Shown: piece after piece, positions 63,995 through 64,000 of the stretch
How the letters are laid out: every line of letters starts with the position of its first letter
Numbering within the stretch: the first letter of the stretch is position 1
Assembly (NCBI GenBank): GCA_965214705.1
Contig: CBDCCI010000002.1
Coordinates: 2,752,001-2,816,000 of the forward strand
DNA from: Alphaproteobacteria bacterium
Lineage (GTDB): Bacteria; Pseudomonadota; Alphaproteobacteria; UBA828
Length of the DNA: 64,000 bases
Direction of reading: 5' to 3'
Notes under the pieces: generated by a model
Seen by the model: only the letters and a program-made list of their open reading frames with translations
Database searches by the model: none
Told to the model about the DNA's origin: nothing
Made by a program: the position numbers and the translations under genes

Positions 63995-64000
63995 CTCACC

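Larger units (their letters stand above)
52346..64000 (-). mobile_element. Tail morphogenesis module of a Mu-like siphoviral prophage or domesticated phage-like element (continues beyond right edge)
   Basis: Co-oriented, mostly coupled gp36-like, gpG-like, terminator, tube, chaperone, tape measure, distal tail, DUF1833, NlpC, J-like and collar-fibre genes. Confidence 0.85.

Overview
High-GC bacterial chromosome segment, most likely an Alphaproteobacterium (Rhodospirillales-like). This is inferred from the stand-alone atpHAGDC operon, the slt-dapA-smpB-udgB-NYN-folK block and GTTC-N7-GTTC SOS-type boxes. (1) 1-8755 is an accessory island: a large repeat-containing TbpB-like surface lipoprotein running off the left edge, a frameshifted coiled-coil membrane protein, a MOB(F) TrwC-type relaxase-helicase, three tandem ribbon-helix-helix paralogs and an oriT-like region. 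It ends in a 7x12-bp tandem array that abuts an apparently truncated host gene. (2) 8870-23673 is host metabolism and transport: choXWV, betI, betA, frmA, ABC binding proteins, two SnoaL-like proteins, orphan higA and SulP. (3) 23787-26817 is a mosaic of poly-G, tandem repeats, IS1595 remnants carrying LexA-type boxes and a second TbpB-like lipoprotein. (4) 26881-52318 holds housekeeping genes, an intact tyrosine recombinase + IS91-like element with 14-bp terminal inverted repeats inserted after smpB, a nirK/nsrR islet and the F1 ATP synthase genes. (5) 52346-64000 is the tail module of a Mu-like/lambda-like siphoviral element with a very short tape measure, no visible right end, and a recurring covarying hairpin motif. 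No rRNA, tRNA or CRISPR array was seen. All family assignments come from motif recognition, not database searches.
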